39,510 nucleotides of DNA. Source: Alphaproteobacteria bacterium (GTDB lineage Bacteria > Pseudomonadota > Alphaproteobacteria > Micavibrionales > Micavibrionaceae). Of the stretch, positions 7,669 through 18,498 are shown piece after piece. The DNA lies in the NCBI GenBank assembly GCA_007117665.1, contig SKGD01000124.1:1-39510 (forward strand), in the 5' to 3' direction. The position numbers and the translations under genes are program-made. Below the pieces are notes generated by a model. That model saw nothing but the letters and a program-made list of their open reading frames with translations. It did no database searches and was not told the DNA's origin. Numbering within the stretch: the stretch's first letter is position 1; the number at the start of each line of letters is the position of its first letter.

Positions 7669-10390
7669 AACTGACCTTGCCGTGGCAGTGCTTGTATTTT
7701 TTGCCGCTTCCGCACGGGCAGGCGGCGTTGCGTTGCACTTTGCCCCATGTTGAGGGATCATTCTTGTCGAACGGCTTTTTCTCGACAGGCATCTGGACGA
7801 TATTTTGCCCCTGTGCGCTGCCTGCGCCGGAAAGCGCCGGATCCTGACGTGATTCCTGTAGTCCGGCATTTTCCTGCCGCAACATCATCTGCCGTGCTTG
7901 CGGGTCAATATTATATTCAACCAGACTCATGGTTTCGACGACATTTTCACGGAAATAATCCAGCATGTTTTCAAACATGCTGAAGGATTCGGTTTTATAT
8001 TCGTTCAGCGGGTCACGCTGGCCGAAGGCACGCAGGTTAATACCTTGCCGCAGGTGATCAAGATTGAGCAAATGCTCTTTCCAGTGCTGGTCGAGCTTTT
8101 GCAGGATCAGTGCCTTTTGCAGCTTGCGGTAAATTTCGGGGCCGGTATCGGCAACCTTGCGCGCGATCATTTTATCAGAGGCGTCAATCAGCCGTTCAAT
8201 AATTTCATCCTCGGCGATGCCTTCTTCCGCCGCCCATTCATTAATCGGCAGATCAAGATTGAGCAAACGATGGGCTTCGCTTTTAAGACTTTCAACGTCC
8301 CATTGCTCGGTATAGCTGCCTGCAGGGATGCAACGCTGCACTAGCTCCTCGATGACGCTGTGCCGGATGTCGGTTGCGAAATCATCAACATTTTCGGCAG
8401 CCATTAATTCACGGCGCTGTTCATAGATAACTTTGCGCTGGTCATTCATGACGTTATCGAATTTCAGCAAATGTTTCCGCGCGTCAAAATGCATGGATTC
8501 GACTTTTGCCTGCGCGCGCTCCAGCGTTTTGCTGATCCATGGATGGGTAAGGGCTTCGCCCTCGCGCAGGCCGACATGTTTGTGCGCCAGCAGCATTTCC
8601 ATCTTGTCCGACCCGAAAATACGCATCAGATCATCTTCCAGAGACAGGAAAAACATCGACGCGCCGGGATCGCCCTGACGCCCGGAACGCCCGCGCAACT
8701 GGTTGTCGATACGGCGCGATTCATGGCGTTCTGTCCCGATCACGTACAGCCCGCCTGCGTCACGCACTTTTTGGCGGTCTTCCTCGATTTCAGTACGGAT
8801 TTTCTCGGTTGCTTTTTTCAGCTTGTCTTCTGTCCATGACGGGTCGGTTTCTTCCCTGATCCGCATGTCGAGATTACCGCCAAGCTGGATGTCCGTACCG
8901 CGTCCGGCCATGTTGGTGGCAATTGTCACCGCGCCGGGGCGACCGGCCTGGGCGATGATAAAGGCTTCTTGTTCGTGATAGCGGGCATTGAGGACATGGT
9001 GAGGGATTTTCGCTTTTTTCAGTTGCGCCGCCAGTTTTTCGGATTTTTCAATCGATGTCGTGCCGACCAGAATCGGCTGGCCGCGTTCACGGCACTGCAG
9101 GATCAACTCAAGAATAGCGGCTTCTTTTTCCGCCAGATTTTTATAAATCTTGTCATCATGATCCAGCCTTTGCACAACGACATTGGTCGGGATCTCGACA
9201 ACATCGAGACTATAGATCGACATAAATTCATCGGCTTCGGTCGAGGCCGTACCGGTCATGCCGGCCAGTTTTGGATACATCCGGAAATAGTTCTGGAAGG
9301 TGATCGAGGCCAATGTCTGGTTCTCGTTCTGGATCGCGACATTTTCTTTTGCTTCCAGAGCCTGATGCAGCCCTTCGGAGAAGCGTCGTCCTTCCATCAT
9401 GCGGCCTGTGAATTCGTCAATAATGACAACGCGGCCATCCTTGACGATATAATCCTTGTCCAGCGCAAACAGCTTGTGCGCACGCAATGCCTGATTCACA
9501 TGATGCACCAGCGCGATATTATGGGCGTCATACAAGGCGCCATCGGTCAGAGTGCCGTGCTCTTTCAGCAATTCCTCGACATGTTCGGCGCCGCTATCGG
9601 TGAAGTTGACGGTCTTCATCTTCTCGTCCAGCTCGAAATCCTGCTTTTCAAGGCCGGGGATGATTTTATCGACCGCATTATAAAGCTCGGACGATGTTTC
9701 AGAGGGACCTGAAATAATCAGCGGCGTCCGGGCTTCATCGATCAGGATCGAGTCGACTTCATCGACAATCGCAAAGTGAAATTCGCGCTGTACCATGGTT
9801 TCAAGCTGGTACTTCATGTTATCGCGCAGATAGTCAAAGCCAAGCTCGTTATTCGTGCCGTAAGTCACATCGGCGGCATAGGCTTTTTTGCGTTCGTCAT
9901 TATTGAGATCTGCGGTGATGCAGCCGACTTCCAGCCCCAGAAAACGATAAACCTGTCCCATCCATTCCGCATCGCGCTGCGCCAGATAATCATTGACCGT
10001 CACGACATGAACGCCTTTGCCGGGCAGGGCGTTGAGATAAGCCGCCAGCGTTGCAACAAGGGTTTTCCCTTCACCGGTTTTCATCTCGGCGATCTGCCCT
10101 TTATGCAGGGCAAGCCCGCCGATCAACTGGACATCGTAATGGCGTTGCCCCAGCGTCCGTGATGCGGCCTCGCGGACGGTTGCGAAAGCTTCGGGGATCA
10201 ACGCATCAAGCGATTCGCCTTTTGCCAGCCGTTCCCGGAAGGTAACGGTCTGGGCGGTGAGTTCGGCATCGCTCATATCCTTGTAACGGCTTTCCAGCGC
10301 GTTTATCGAATCAATATGGCGGGACAGCTCTTTCAGTTTCCTGTCGTTGCTGGAGCCAAAAATTTTTGTAGCAAGATTGAGCAACATCAA
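7667..10390 (-). CDS. secA: preprotein translocase ATPase SecA
   Basis: 907 aa with full-length SecA motifs ([40 protein letters not shown]) and the C-terminal zinc site [14 protein letters not shown]. Confidence 0.98.
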   Translation of the reverse strand: MMLLNLATKIFGSSNDRKLKELSRHIDSINALESRYKDMSDAELTAQTVTFRERLAKGESLDALIPEAFATVREAASRTLGQRHYDVQLIGGLALHKGQIAEMKTGEGKTLVATLAAYLNALPGKGVHVVTVNDYLAQRDAEWMGQVYRFLGLEVGCITADLNNDERKKAYAADVTYGTNNELGFDYLRDNMKYQLETMVQREFHFAIVDEVDSILIDEARTPLIISGPSETSSELYNAVDKIIPGLEKQDFELDEKMKTVNFTDSGAEHVEELLKEHGTLTDGALYDAHNIALVHHVNQALRAHKLFALDKDYIVKDGRVVIIDEFTGRMMEGRRFSEGLHQALEAKENVAIQNENQTLASITFQNYFRMYPKLAGMTGTASTEADEFMSIYSLDVVEIPTNVVVQRLDHDDKIYKNLAEKEAAILELILQCRERGQPILVGTTSIEKSEKLAAQLKKAKIPHHVLNARYHEQEAFIIAQAGRPGAVTIATNMAGRGTDIQLGGNLDMRIREETDPSWTEDKLKKATEKIRTEIEEDRQKVRDAGGLYVIGTERHESRRIDNQLRGRSGRQGDPGASMFFLSLEDDLMRIFGSDKMEMLLAHKHVGLREGEALTHPWISKTLERAQAKVESMHFDARKHLLKFDNVMNDQRKVIYEQRRELMAAENVDDFATDIRHSVIEELVQRCIPAGSYTEQWDVESLKSEAHRLLNLDLPINEWAAEEGIAEDEIIERLIDASDKMIARKVADTGPEIYRKLQKALILQKLDQHWKEHLLNLDHLRQGINLRAFGQRDPLNEYKTESFSMFENMLDYFRENVVETMSLVEYNIDPQARQMMLRQENAGLQESRQDPALSGAGSAQGQNIVQMPVEKKPFDKNDPSTWGKVQRNAACPCGSGKKYKHCHGKVS

Positions 10391-10585
10391 ATCCCTTATT
10401 CATCATCAAATTAACAGGCAAGTCATTCCATATAAGGCCATGCAGCCCTGACGTCAATCAAACTCATCTTAAGGCCGCCAGATTTGTGGGTGTTTTGAAG
10501 AAAAGACTTTATTATCGGGTCGGGCGGCGATAGATTGCGGAATCAAACGGATATGTTTTAATGCTGACAAAAGGAAAATATCGCA

Positions 10586-11518
10586 ATGTCCGAACAGAAG
10601 ATACAGCAGCCCGGTGAGGGTGCCGGCAACAAAAACATGACATTGATCGCGGCCGGGGTCGCTATTGTCGCCGTGATTGCCGTTGTGTTGTTTTTGGCGA
10701 TGGGCAATGGCGCGGCAGACAGCAAAAACAGCAATAGCACGGCAGAAGGACAGGCGATTGCCGAAGGAAATCCGGTGGTTGCCAAGGTCAATGGCGAAGA
10801 TATTTACCGCGATGACGTGTTTGGCTTTATTTCAGGCCTGCCACAGCAATATCGCCAGTTGCCGCTTGAGAATTTATTTCCCATGTCGCTGGATCAGGTC
10901 ATCAGCAACCGCGTGATTGCCGCACAGGCCGCCGGTGCGAATCTGGATCGCGATCCGGAAGTCAGGGAGCAGCTTGAAGAGGCGAAGAAGCAGATTGTTC
11001 GCAGTGTTTTTATTGACCGGGCGGTCGATGCAGCCATAACGGACGAATTGTTACGCGATACCTATGAATCAGTTGTTGCAGGCACGACGCCGCAAACCGA
11101 AATCTCAGCGCGCCACATTCTCGTTGAAAGCGAAAGCAAGGCGAAAGAGTTAATTCGTCAGCTTGATGAAGGGGCCGATTTTGTCGCATTGGTGCGGGAG
11201 CATTCGGTGGGCCCCAGTGCCGATCAGGGCGGCGATCTTGGCTTTTTCGTGCGGGAAGAAATGATCCCCGAATTTTCTGATGCGGCATTTGAAATCGCGG
11301 TTGGCAGCTATTCCACAGAACCGGTCGAAACCCAGTTCGGATGGCATGTGATTAAGGTCGAGGCAAGCCGTGAGCGTGAGGTGCCGGGATTTGAAGAGGT
11401 AAAAGAGCAACTTCGTCCGCAGCTCCGCCAGCAGGTTCTGGATGATCTGGTCGCGGAATGGCGCGACGGCTATAAAATCGAGATTTTCGATATTAACGGC
11501 AACCCGCTGGAAAACTAA
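10586..11518 (+). CDS. membrane-anchored parvulin-type peptidyl-prolyl cis-trans isomerase (SurA/PpiD-like)
   Basis: N-terminal TM segment. Rotamase domain ISARHILVESE...GGDLGFF...FGWHVIKVE. Confidence 0.85.
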   Translation: MSEQKIQQPGEGAGNKNMTLIAAGVAIVAVIAVVLFLAMGNGAADSKNSNSTAEGQAIAEGNPVVAKVNGEDIYRDDVFGFISGLPQQYRQLPLENLFPMSLDQVISNRVIAAQAAGANLDRDPEVREQLEEAKKQIVRSVFIDRAVDAAITDELLRDTYESVVAGTTPQTEISARHILVESESKAKELIRQLDEGADFVALVREHSVGPSADQGGDLGFFVREEMIPEFSDAAFEIAVGSYSTEPVETQFGWHVIKVEASREREVPGFEEVKEQLRPQLRQQVLDDLVAEWRDGYKIEIFDINGNPLEN

Positions 11519-11549
11519 GCGCGAGTGCTTTTAAAATCGGTCTTTTGAG

Positions 11550-11578
11550 AAAACCGCAGGCTTTTCTGCGGTTTTTTT
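11550..11578 (+). terminator. rho-independent terminator after the PPIase gene
   Basis: AAAA-CCGCAG-gctttt-CTGCGG-TTTTTTT: a 6-bp GC-rich stem (11554-11559 / 11566-11571) followed by T7. Confidence 0.7.
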
Positions 11579-11598
11579 ATGTGTAAAATAGGCATGGC

Positions 11599-12075
11599 AT
11601 GGTGACATTTATCAAAAAACAGATTGGCTGCGCTCAGGCGCTGGAACTGCCGCCGCCTGCTTGTCCGCAAAAGCCGGTTATTCTGGTTGCGGCGGCGGCG
11701 ATACTGGATTCCGACTCGCGGATTTTGATTGCGCGCCGCCCGCCCGGCAAGGACATGGCAGGATTGTGGGAGTTTCCCGGCGGCAAGGTCAGAAGCGATG
11801 AAACGCCTGAATTTGCATTGATGCGCGAATTGAAGGAAGAGCTTGATATTGACACGCGGCCTTGCTGTTTTGCGCCGCTTGCTTTCGCCTCGCACGGCTA
11901 TGATCACTTTCATCTTTTGATGCCGTTATTTGTCTGCCGTGTCTGGAAGGGCGTTCCCAAAGCTATGGAAGGTCAGGAAATAAAATGGTGCAGCATTCCT
12001 GATTTGTATCAGTATGATATGCCGCCTGCCGACCTGCCATTGCTGGATCAGGTGCAAAATCTGGTGCGAGGATAG
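11599..12075 (+). CDS. mutT: NUDIX hydrolase, 8-oxo-dGTP diphosphatase-like
   Basis: NUDIX box GGKVRSDETPEFALMRELKEELDI. It lies near secA, as in the classical secA-mutT neighbourhood. Confidence 0.85.
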   Translation: MVTFIKKQIGCAQALELPPPACPQKPVILVAAAAILDSDSRILIARRPPGKDMAGLWEFPGGKVRSDETPEFALMRELKEELDIDTRPCCFAPLAFASHGYDHFHLLMPLFVCRVWKGVPKAMEGQEIKWCSIPDLYQYDMPPADLPLLDQVQNLVRG

Positions 12076-12092
12076 GCGCGGGAACAAGCGGC

Positions 12093-12821
12093 ATGGAAGA
12101 TTATTCGGTTTATGACCTGAAGGAATTTTATAAAAAGCGCGAAGGACGGCTTGTGCGGCGTTTGCTGAAGACTGTCCTGAATGAAATCTGGCCGCAGATC
12201 GACGGATTGCGCGTGATGGGCTATGGTTATCCCTTGCCCTATATGCGTTATGGCTATGAAAAGGCCGAGCGACTTTTCGCGGTTCTTCCCTCGCGCACCG
12301 GCGGGCATTTCTGGCCTGAAGGAAAAAACAGTCTTGTATGTCTGTCGCGGGAGGATCTTTTGCCGGTTGAAACGGAATCGATCGACCGCCTTATCGTTAT
12401 TCACGGGCTTGAACATGCCGCCGACCTTGCCGCGACCTTGTCCGAGCTGTGGCGGGTTTTGAAAAGCAATGGCCGGATGATTGTGATCGTCCCTAACCGT
12501 CTGGGGATGTGGGCGCGGGCGGAAAGAACGCCGTTCGGGCATGGCACGCCTTATACCCAGGGGCAGATTATCAGTCATCTGAAAGAATCCCTGTTTACTG
12601 TCGAACGCCATGAGCATGCCTTGTATATGCCGCCCTTCCGGTCTTTTTGGGTGATGCGGACAGCTTATCTCTTTGAAGGGTTTGGAAAGTTTATCTTTCC
12701 GGGCGTGGCCGGCGTTAATGTGATCGAAGCCGGCAAGCAGATTTACGCAGGGACAAGTCACGCGCGCAAGGCCATGCCGTCAGGAACGCGGATTTTTGTT
12801 CCTCAACCTGCGGTAAAATGA
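12093..12821 (+). CDS. class I SAM-dependent methyltransferase
   Basis: Methyltransf_11-like core IDRLIVIHGLEHAADLAATLSELWRVLKSNGRMIVIVPN. Confidence 0.75.
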   Translation: MEDYSVYDLKEFYKKREGRLVRRLLKTVLNEIWPQIDGLRVMGYGYPLPYMRYGYEKAERLFAVLPSRTGGHFWPEGKNSLVCLSREDLLPVETESIDRLIVIHGLEHAADLAATLSELWRVLKSNGRMIVIVPNRLGMWARAERTPFGHGTPYTQGQIISHLKESLFTVERHEHALYMPPFRSFWVMRTAYLFEGFGKFIFPGVAGVNVIEAGKQIYAGTSHARKAMPSGTRIFVPQPAVK

Positions 12822-12871
12822 GCGATTTTTTTTGATTTTCGTGTCATTTGCGGTTATTACCCTTACCTACC

Positions 12872-13798
12872 ATGTCAGAGAATAACGTAAGTGATATCAG
12901 GAAACAGATCGACACGCTTGATAACAGGTTGCACGACCTGTTGATCGAGCGGGCGGCGCTTGTCTTGCGGATCGGCGAGGAAAAACGCCGGAACAACGTA
13001 CAGATCATCCAGCCGGATCGTGAGATTGTTATGATTCGTCGCCTTTTGGCACGACATAAAGGGCCTTTGCCCAAAGAGGCAATTGTCCGCATCTGGCGTG
13101 AGCTCGTCGGGGCGGTCTCCTTGCTGCAGACCGGCCTGAAGGTTGTCGTTTGCGCGCCGGACGATCATACAGGGCTGCATTACTGGGACATGGCCAAAGA
13201 TTATTTCAGCAGCGTATTACCGATGCAAAAAGTATCCAACCCGTTATCGGCCTTGTCGATGGTGCGCGAGAACGAAGTGACATTTGCCGTTGTGCCGTGG
13301 CCGGAAGATGAGCTGCATAATCCGTGGTGGGGATTTTTGCTTGATGAAACGGGCGACCATGCGATGCGGATCGTCGCACGGTTGCCGCTGGGCGACCGGA
13401 CAGCCTGTGACAGCACACCCGAACACAGGGCATTGGTTGTGGCGCGGTTGAAATATGAAGAATCCGGCGAGGATCGTACTTTTATGGGGCTAGAGATTGA
13501 CGAAGCCATCAGCCGCGGCCGCGTCGTTGACAAGGCACGGGAGATCGGCATGGATGTCACGGCGCTGTACACATGCCCCGGTTTCGGCCCCGGTAAAAAG
13601 CTGCACTTGATTGAGGCGGACGGGTTTTACAGCGTTGATGAGGAATGGAGCCGGACTCTTCTTGCGGCGCTGGGCGATGCGGACGGAAAATGCCTGAGCC
13701 TTGGCGGCTATCCTGTGCCGCCGGTCTATGAAGATAAAGTCGGCAAGGGCGCTTTGGAAAGCGCCGCTGATGACAATAAAACCCGTAAGAAGGCCTGA
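12872..13798 (+). CDS. chorismate mutase (CM_2 domain) with a C-terminal prephenate-dehydratase-like extension
   Basis: The N-terminal IRKQIDTLDNRLHDLLIERAALVLRIGEEK...REIVMIRRL is a type II chorismate mutase helix bundle. The remaining ~200 aa resemble a degenerate PDT/ACT region. The longest ORF starts at TTG 12848. Confidence 0.8.
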   Translation: MSENNVSDIRKQIDTLDNRLHDLLIERAALVLRIGEEKRRNNVQIIQPDREIVMIRRLLARHKGPLPKEAIVRIWRELVGAVSLLQTGLKVVVCAPDDHTGLHYWDMAKDYFSSVLPMQKVSNPLSALSMVRENEVTFAVVPWPEDELHNPWWGFLLDETGDHAMRIVARLPLGDRTACDSTPEHRALVVARLKYEESGEDRTFMGLEIDEAISRGRVVDKAREIGMDVTALYTCPGFGPGKKLHLIEADGFYSVDEEWSRTLLAALGDADGKCLSLGGYPVPPVYEDKVGKGALESAADDNKTRKKA

Positions 13799-13804
13799 CC
13801 CGTT

Positions 13805-14722
13805 ATGGTGTTCAGGACGGTCACGATTGTCGGCTGCGGTCTTATCGGTTCTTCGCTGATGCGTGCGATCCGTCAAAACGCAGTGGCGGAACATATTATC
13901 GCCGTGGATCATAATCTGGATGTGTGCCGCCGGGTCGAAGCGCTGGGGATTGCCGATGTCGCAACGACTGATCTGCGGAAATCGGTCGAGGAAAGTGACC
14001 TGATCCTGCTGTGCGTGCCACCGGCATCGTGCGGCAAGGTTGCCGCCGATATACGTTATGCGTTGCGCGAGGGAGCGATCGTCTCCGATGTCGCATCAGT
14101 CAAGGGCGCGGTCGTTGCCGATGTCTTGCCGCATATTCCGAAAAATGTTCATTTTATTCCGGCGCACCCGATTGCGGGTACGGAAAATTCCGGGCCGGAA
14201 GCCGGATTTGCAAGCTTGTTTGAAGGGCGCTGGTGCATCATTACGCCATTGCCGGACAGTGATATTCAGGCTGTTGAAAAAGTCACCACCTTGTGGGAGC
14301 GCTGTGGCTCGTTGATCGAGATTATGGATGTTGCACGCCATGATCTGGTGCTGGGGATTACGTCTCACCTGCCGCATTTGATCGCTTACACGATTGTCGG
14401 CACGGCGAATGAGCTGGAAGAAGACACCAAAAATGAAGTTATCAAATTTTCTGCGTCAGGCTTTCGTGATTTTACACGGATCGCCGCTTCTGATCCGGTC
14501 ATGTGGCGGGATATTTTTCTGAATAATAAAGAGGCAATTCTTGAGATTTTACAGCGCTTTAACGAAGATCTGACCGCGATGCAAAAAGCGATCCGCAAGG
14601 GGGATGGCGATTATCTGGTTGAAAAACTGTCGCGCACGCGTGCGATCCGCCGCCGCGTTATCAAGGAAGGGCAGGCGGAAGATCCGCCCGGTAAGGCCAG
14701 TCAATCACGGGCAGCGTCATAA
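13805..14722 (+). CDS. tyrC: prephenate/arogenate dehydrogenase
   Basis: Rossmann motif VTIVGCGLIGSS, catalytic HFIPAHPIAGTENSG, and the PDH C-terminal helical domain. Confidence 0.88.
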   Translation: MVFRTVTIVGCGLIGSSLMRAIRQNAVAEHIIAVDHNLDVCRRVEALGIADVATTDLRKSVEESDLILLCVPPASCGKVAADIRYALREGAIVSDVASVKGAVVADVLPHIPKNVHFIPAHPIAGTENSGPEAGFASLFEGRWCIITPLPDSDIQAVEKVTTLWERCGSLIEIMDVARHDLVLGITSHLPHLIAYTIVGTANELEEDTKNEVIKFSASGFRDFTRIAASDPVMWRDIFLNNKEAILEILQRFNEDLTAMQKAIRKGDGDYLVEKLSRTRAIRRRVIKEGQAEDPPGKASQSRAAS

Positions 14723-15467
14723 GCTGAGCCGGTCCGGCGAATAATGTCCGGTTTTGCAGCGACATACCAATCTCGATTTTTGGTTCCTGCGTTTCTTTGT
14801 CGGTGCGCGACAGGCCGCTGAAGATCGCCGCGCTTAAAAGCGCCGTACGGTTGTCGATTAATCCTTCGCCTTGTAACCATGATATAAAACCCATATGGCC
14901 AGACATACGCGCATTAAAAGCGCCTTGCGGCTGTAGCGTATCGTCAAGTTCGATAAAGCCTGCCGCTTCGAGGTGAAGCGTGCCTTTCCGCAGGGCAAAG
15001 GAATTAATCGCAATCCGGCCTTTTTGGGCGCGCCATGCGCTCAGATCTTCGTATGTCAGGGTATCAGGCAGGGAAGACGGCACATCGCCACCCAGTTCCA
15101 GATAATCGAGCGACCATAATGCCTGTGGGTTTGTGCCGGTGGTGGTGAAGCCCTGCGGCAGGGTGGCATGTAAGTGACGATTATTCCAGACGCTGCTGCG
15201 TAAGCGCAGGGCAGGCACGTCAATCACAACACCCTCGGCGGCGATCCGGCCATCAAAGGCCAGTTCATAATGAAAGGGAAAACCGGTCAGGCGTTTCTCC
15301 CGCACGATAACCGTGATTTCTTTATCCTGCAGGGAGATTAAAAACCTGTCGATTTCCTGATTGATCTGATCGGCCATATAAAGCCAGAAAAGGCTGTAAA
15401 GCACCGCCAGAGCGACCAGAATACCGCCGCCCCATAAGCCCAGATAAGACAGAACGGTTTTTTTCAT
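14661..15467 (-). CDS. DUF2125 domain protein (N-terminal membrane anchor)
   Basis: 268 aa. A TM anchor is followed by LTGFPFHYELAFDG, a pattern I associate with alphaproteobacterial DUF2125. Its 3' end overlaps tyrC by 62 nt. Confidence 0.6.
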   Translation of the reverse strand: MKKTVLSYLGLWGGGILVALAVLYSLFWLYMADQINQEIDRFLISLQDKEITVIVREKRLTGFPFHYELAFDGRIAAEGVVIDVPALRLRSSVWNNRHLHATLPQGFTTTGTNPQALWSLDYLELGGDVPSSLPDTLTYEDLSAWRAQKGRIAINSFALRKGTLHLEAAGFIELDDTLQPQGAFNARMSGHMGFISWLQGEGLIDNRTALLSAAIFSGLSRTDKETQEPKIEIGMSLQNRTLFAGPAQLMTLPVIDWPYRADLPPALP

Positions 15468-16255
15468 GATGTGCGTCCGGCGCTGTTTTCTTTGGCCGGG
15501 GCAGATATGGCGGCAGGCATGATCGCTTCCTGCTCCAGCTTTTTGGTTTCGGTTTCGATCATTTCCTGCAGCATGGGCAGGATATCATCATTTTTCCGGT
15601 CGGGCGGGATCGGCGGCAGGAAGGAAAAAACCACTTTGCCCGGTTTTTTTATCCAACCCTTACGCGGCCAGAAAACACCGCTATTCAAGGCCAGAGGGAT
15701 TAACGGCATGCCGGTTTGCTCGAAAATCCGGGCGGCCCCTTGTTTGTAGGGCTTGTCTTTCGGCGTTTGCCACGTATAGACCCGTGTGCCTTGCGGAAAG
15801 ATGACCAGAGCGCGATTTTCTTTTTCGATCCGCCGTGCCCCGTCCACGACTTGTTTCATGGCTTCCTTGCCTTGCGAGCGGTCGATGGCAATGGGATGGG
15901 TGCGTCCCAAAAACCAACCCCATAAGGGAATTCTCAGCAATTCTTGTTTCAAAACCACGGCCGGGTCTTCAAATAATATATGCAGCTTCATTGTCTCATA
16001 GGCGGATTGATGCTTGGCCGCAACGATATAAGAGCCATCCCGGGGCAGGTTCTCCAGACCGCGTATTTCAAAATCCAGCCCGATCAGATGTTTTTCGAGG
16101 AAATAAATCGTCCGCACATAGCAACGAACGAATTTAATCATTGCCGGGCGCGGCAGCAGCAATGCCGGCAGGCATAAAACGCAAGCCACGGCATTGGCCG
16201 TATAAAACACAATATTGAATAAAGTCGCGCGGATAAAAATCATCTCAGCTTTCAT
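15464..16255 (-). CDS. plsC: 1-acyl-sn-glycerol-3-phosphate (lysophospholipid) acyltransferase
   Basis: Acyltransferase blocks AAKHQSAYET and FPQGTR. It has an N-terminal TM helix and overlaps the DUF2125 gene start by 4 nt. Confidence 0.85.
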   Translation of the reverse strand: MKAEMIFIRATLFNIVFYTANAVACVLCLPALLLPRPAMIKFVRCYVRTIYFLEKHLIGLDFEIRGLENLPRDGSYIVAAKHQSAYETMKLHILFEDPAVVLKQELLRIPLWGWFLGRTHPIAIDRSQGKEAMKQVVDGARRIEKENRALVIFPQGTRVYTWQTPKDKPYKQGAARIFEQTGMPLIPLALNSGVFWPRKGWIKKPGKVVFSFLPPIPPDRKNDDILPMLQEMIETETKKLEQEAIMPAAISAPAKENSAGRTS

Positions 16256-16817
16256 ATAGTTTCAGTAATAACCAGGTTGCCAGCATCTTATTATATTCCT
16301 GCACTAAGAGTCGCCAGAAAGCAAAGCTGTTGCGGCGAATATCGCGGGAATAGAGCGGGTGAGGGACAATCTCGATATCCGGCAAGGCATGCCGGAAGCG
16401 GATCAGGGCGCGCGGCATGTGATAGCTGGCAGTAATTAGCCGGATTGATCTCACATCGCTTTGCGTCACCCATTTACGGACTTCGGCGGCGTTTCCGGTC
16501 GTGTTTGCGGCCTCATGCCCCAGCATGATACAGCAGGGCGGCTCCTCAACATCATCGCGCCACAGGCGTAGCAAAGCCTGAATAGACACAGATTCATACA
16601 CGCCGGAAATAAAAAGGGTCTCGGCCTTGCCGGCATCCAACAGATCAAGCCCCGCATTAACCCGGTCAGGCCCGCCAGTCAGGACGACAATCGCATCCGT
16701 GCGGATTTTGGGTGCGCCGTGATTATAGGTCGAAGCATAAAAGCTGATGAACCCCGCCACCCACAAGGTTATCAGCAAGGCAAAAACAAAAATGCTAAAT
16801 CGGGCTAATCTTGTCAT
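16245..16817 (-). CDS. YdcF/ElyC-family DUF218 protein
   Basis: A TM anchor followed by DAIVVLTGGPDRVNAGLDLL...LFISGV, a typical DUF218 pattern. Confidence 0.8.
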   Translation of the reverse strand: MTRLARFSIFVFALLITLWVAGFISFYASTYNHGAPKIRTDAIVVLTGGPDRVNAGLDLLDAGKAETLFISGVYESVSIQALLRLWRDDVEEPPCCIMLGHEAANTTGNAAEVRKWVTQSDVRSIRLITASYHMPRALIRFRHALPDIEIVPHPLYSRDIRRNSFAFWRLLVQEYNKMLATWLLLKLYES

Positions 16818-16830
16818 GATCCGCTCTTTT

Positions 16831-17783
16831 TTACGGCATTTTCGTCAAAACGTTAAGCACCGTTTTTCCGGCGGTTACCGTGGCAATCAGCCCGATAACA
16901 AGCGGCAGCGCCGCCAAAATCCCGATTTGCAGGTTGCTCATGCTGAAATCAGGCAACAGATTGACCCCGATCTCTCCGGCGATCCACCCGATCAACATCA
17001 GGCATAGTGCTCCGGCCAGAAGCCCGGCCAGCGCGCCTTGCAGCGCGATAATCAGCGAATGGCGTTGAAACTGGCGGGCGATATAATGATCACTGGCGCC
17101 CATAAGGTGCAAAAGCTCAACCTCGGTACGATTCACGGCCATGCGTGACCGTACCCCGCCTGCAACAGCGGTGACGGTCGTTATGCCGACCACCAGCAAA
17201 ATCATCGTTGCGGCAAATTGCAGCGCGCCGATAAAGCGCACCAGATCATGCAGCCATTCTTCATGAGAATCGATGCGCCCCTCGGGGGCGATTTTTTGCA
17301 GCCTGTCCTGCAATATTTTAATTATATGCTCGTCTTTTTCCTGAAGCTCTATCTCAATAAGAGACGGCAATGGTATGTTATTCATCAATAAATTATCACC
17401 CAGCCATGGCGAGACAAGCGCGGCGATTTCATCATCGCCTAAAATGCGTAACGTTGCCACCGCCGGGTGAGATCCCAGCGACTCGGCGGCTTTTTTCGCC
17501 AGATCCTGCATGTCTTCGCGGCTGCGGATGGCTCCCTCTTTATTTTCAGCCGGAATTTCGGCTGTGGCCTGATTTTGCAGCCCCGCCGCCCAGCGTTCAG
17601 CCATGCCACCCAACGCAAAAGAGGCCGCCAGCGCTAGCACGGCCATAATGGTCATCATGCCGATCAGCAAAACCAGAAAGCCGGTGCCTTCATTTTTATC
17701 CAGCGGGAGGTCATAACGTCTTTTGCCGTGCGCCACGCCGAGCATTTTTTGTTTTTTGAACGGTGCTGTGATGTTCAGGCGCA

Positions 17784-17787
<4 letters not shown>
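16831..17787 (-). CDS. ftsX: cell division ABC transporter permease FtsX
   Basis: 318 aa with FtsX topology: TM1, a large periplasmic loop, then three C-terminal TM helices. There is a 4-nt overlap with ftsE. Confidence 0.85.
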
Positions 17788-18482
<695 letters not shown>

Positions 18483-18498
18483 TTGTCCGTGATGTCTT

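Noticed and set aside
8969-9712. 247-aa plus-strand ORF, and several similar ORFs between 7898 and 10245
   Set aside because: All are antisense to secA, whose identity is unambiguous.
12048-12761. 237-aa minus-strand ORF
   Set aside because: It is antisense to the methyltransferase gene, which has a clear SAM-binding core. The antisense translation is low complexity.
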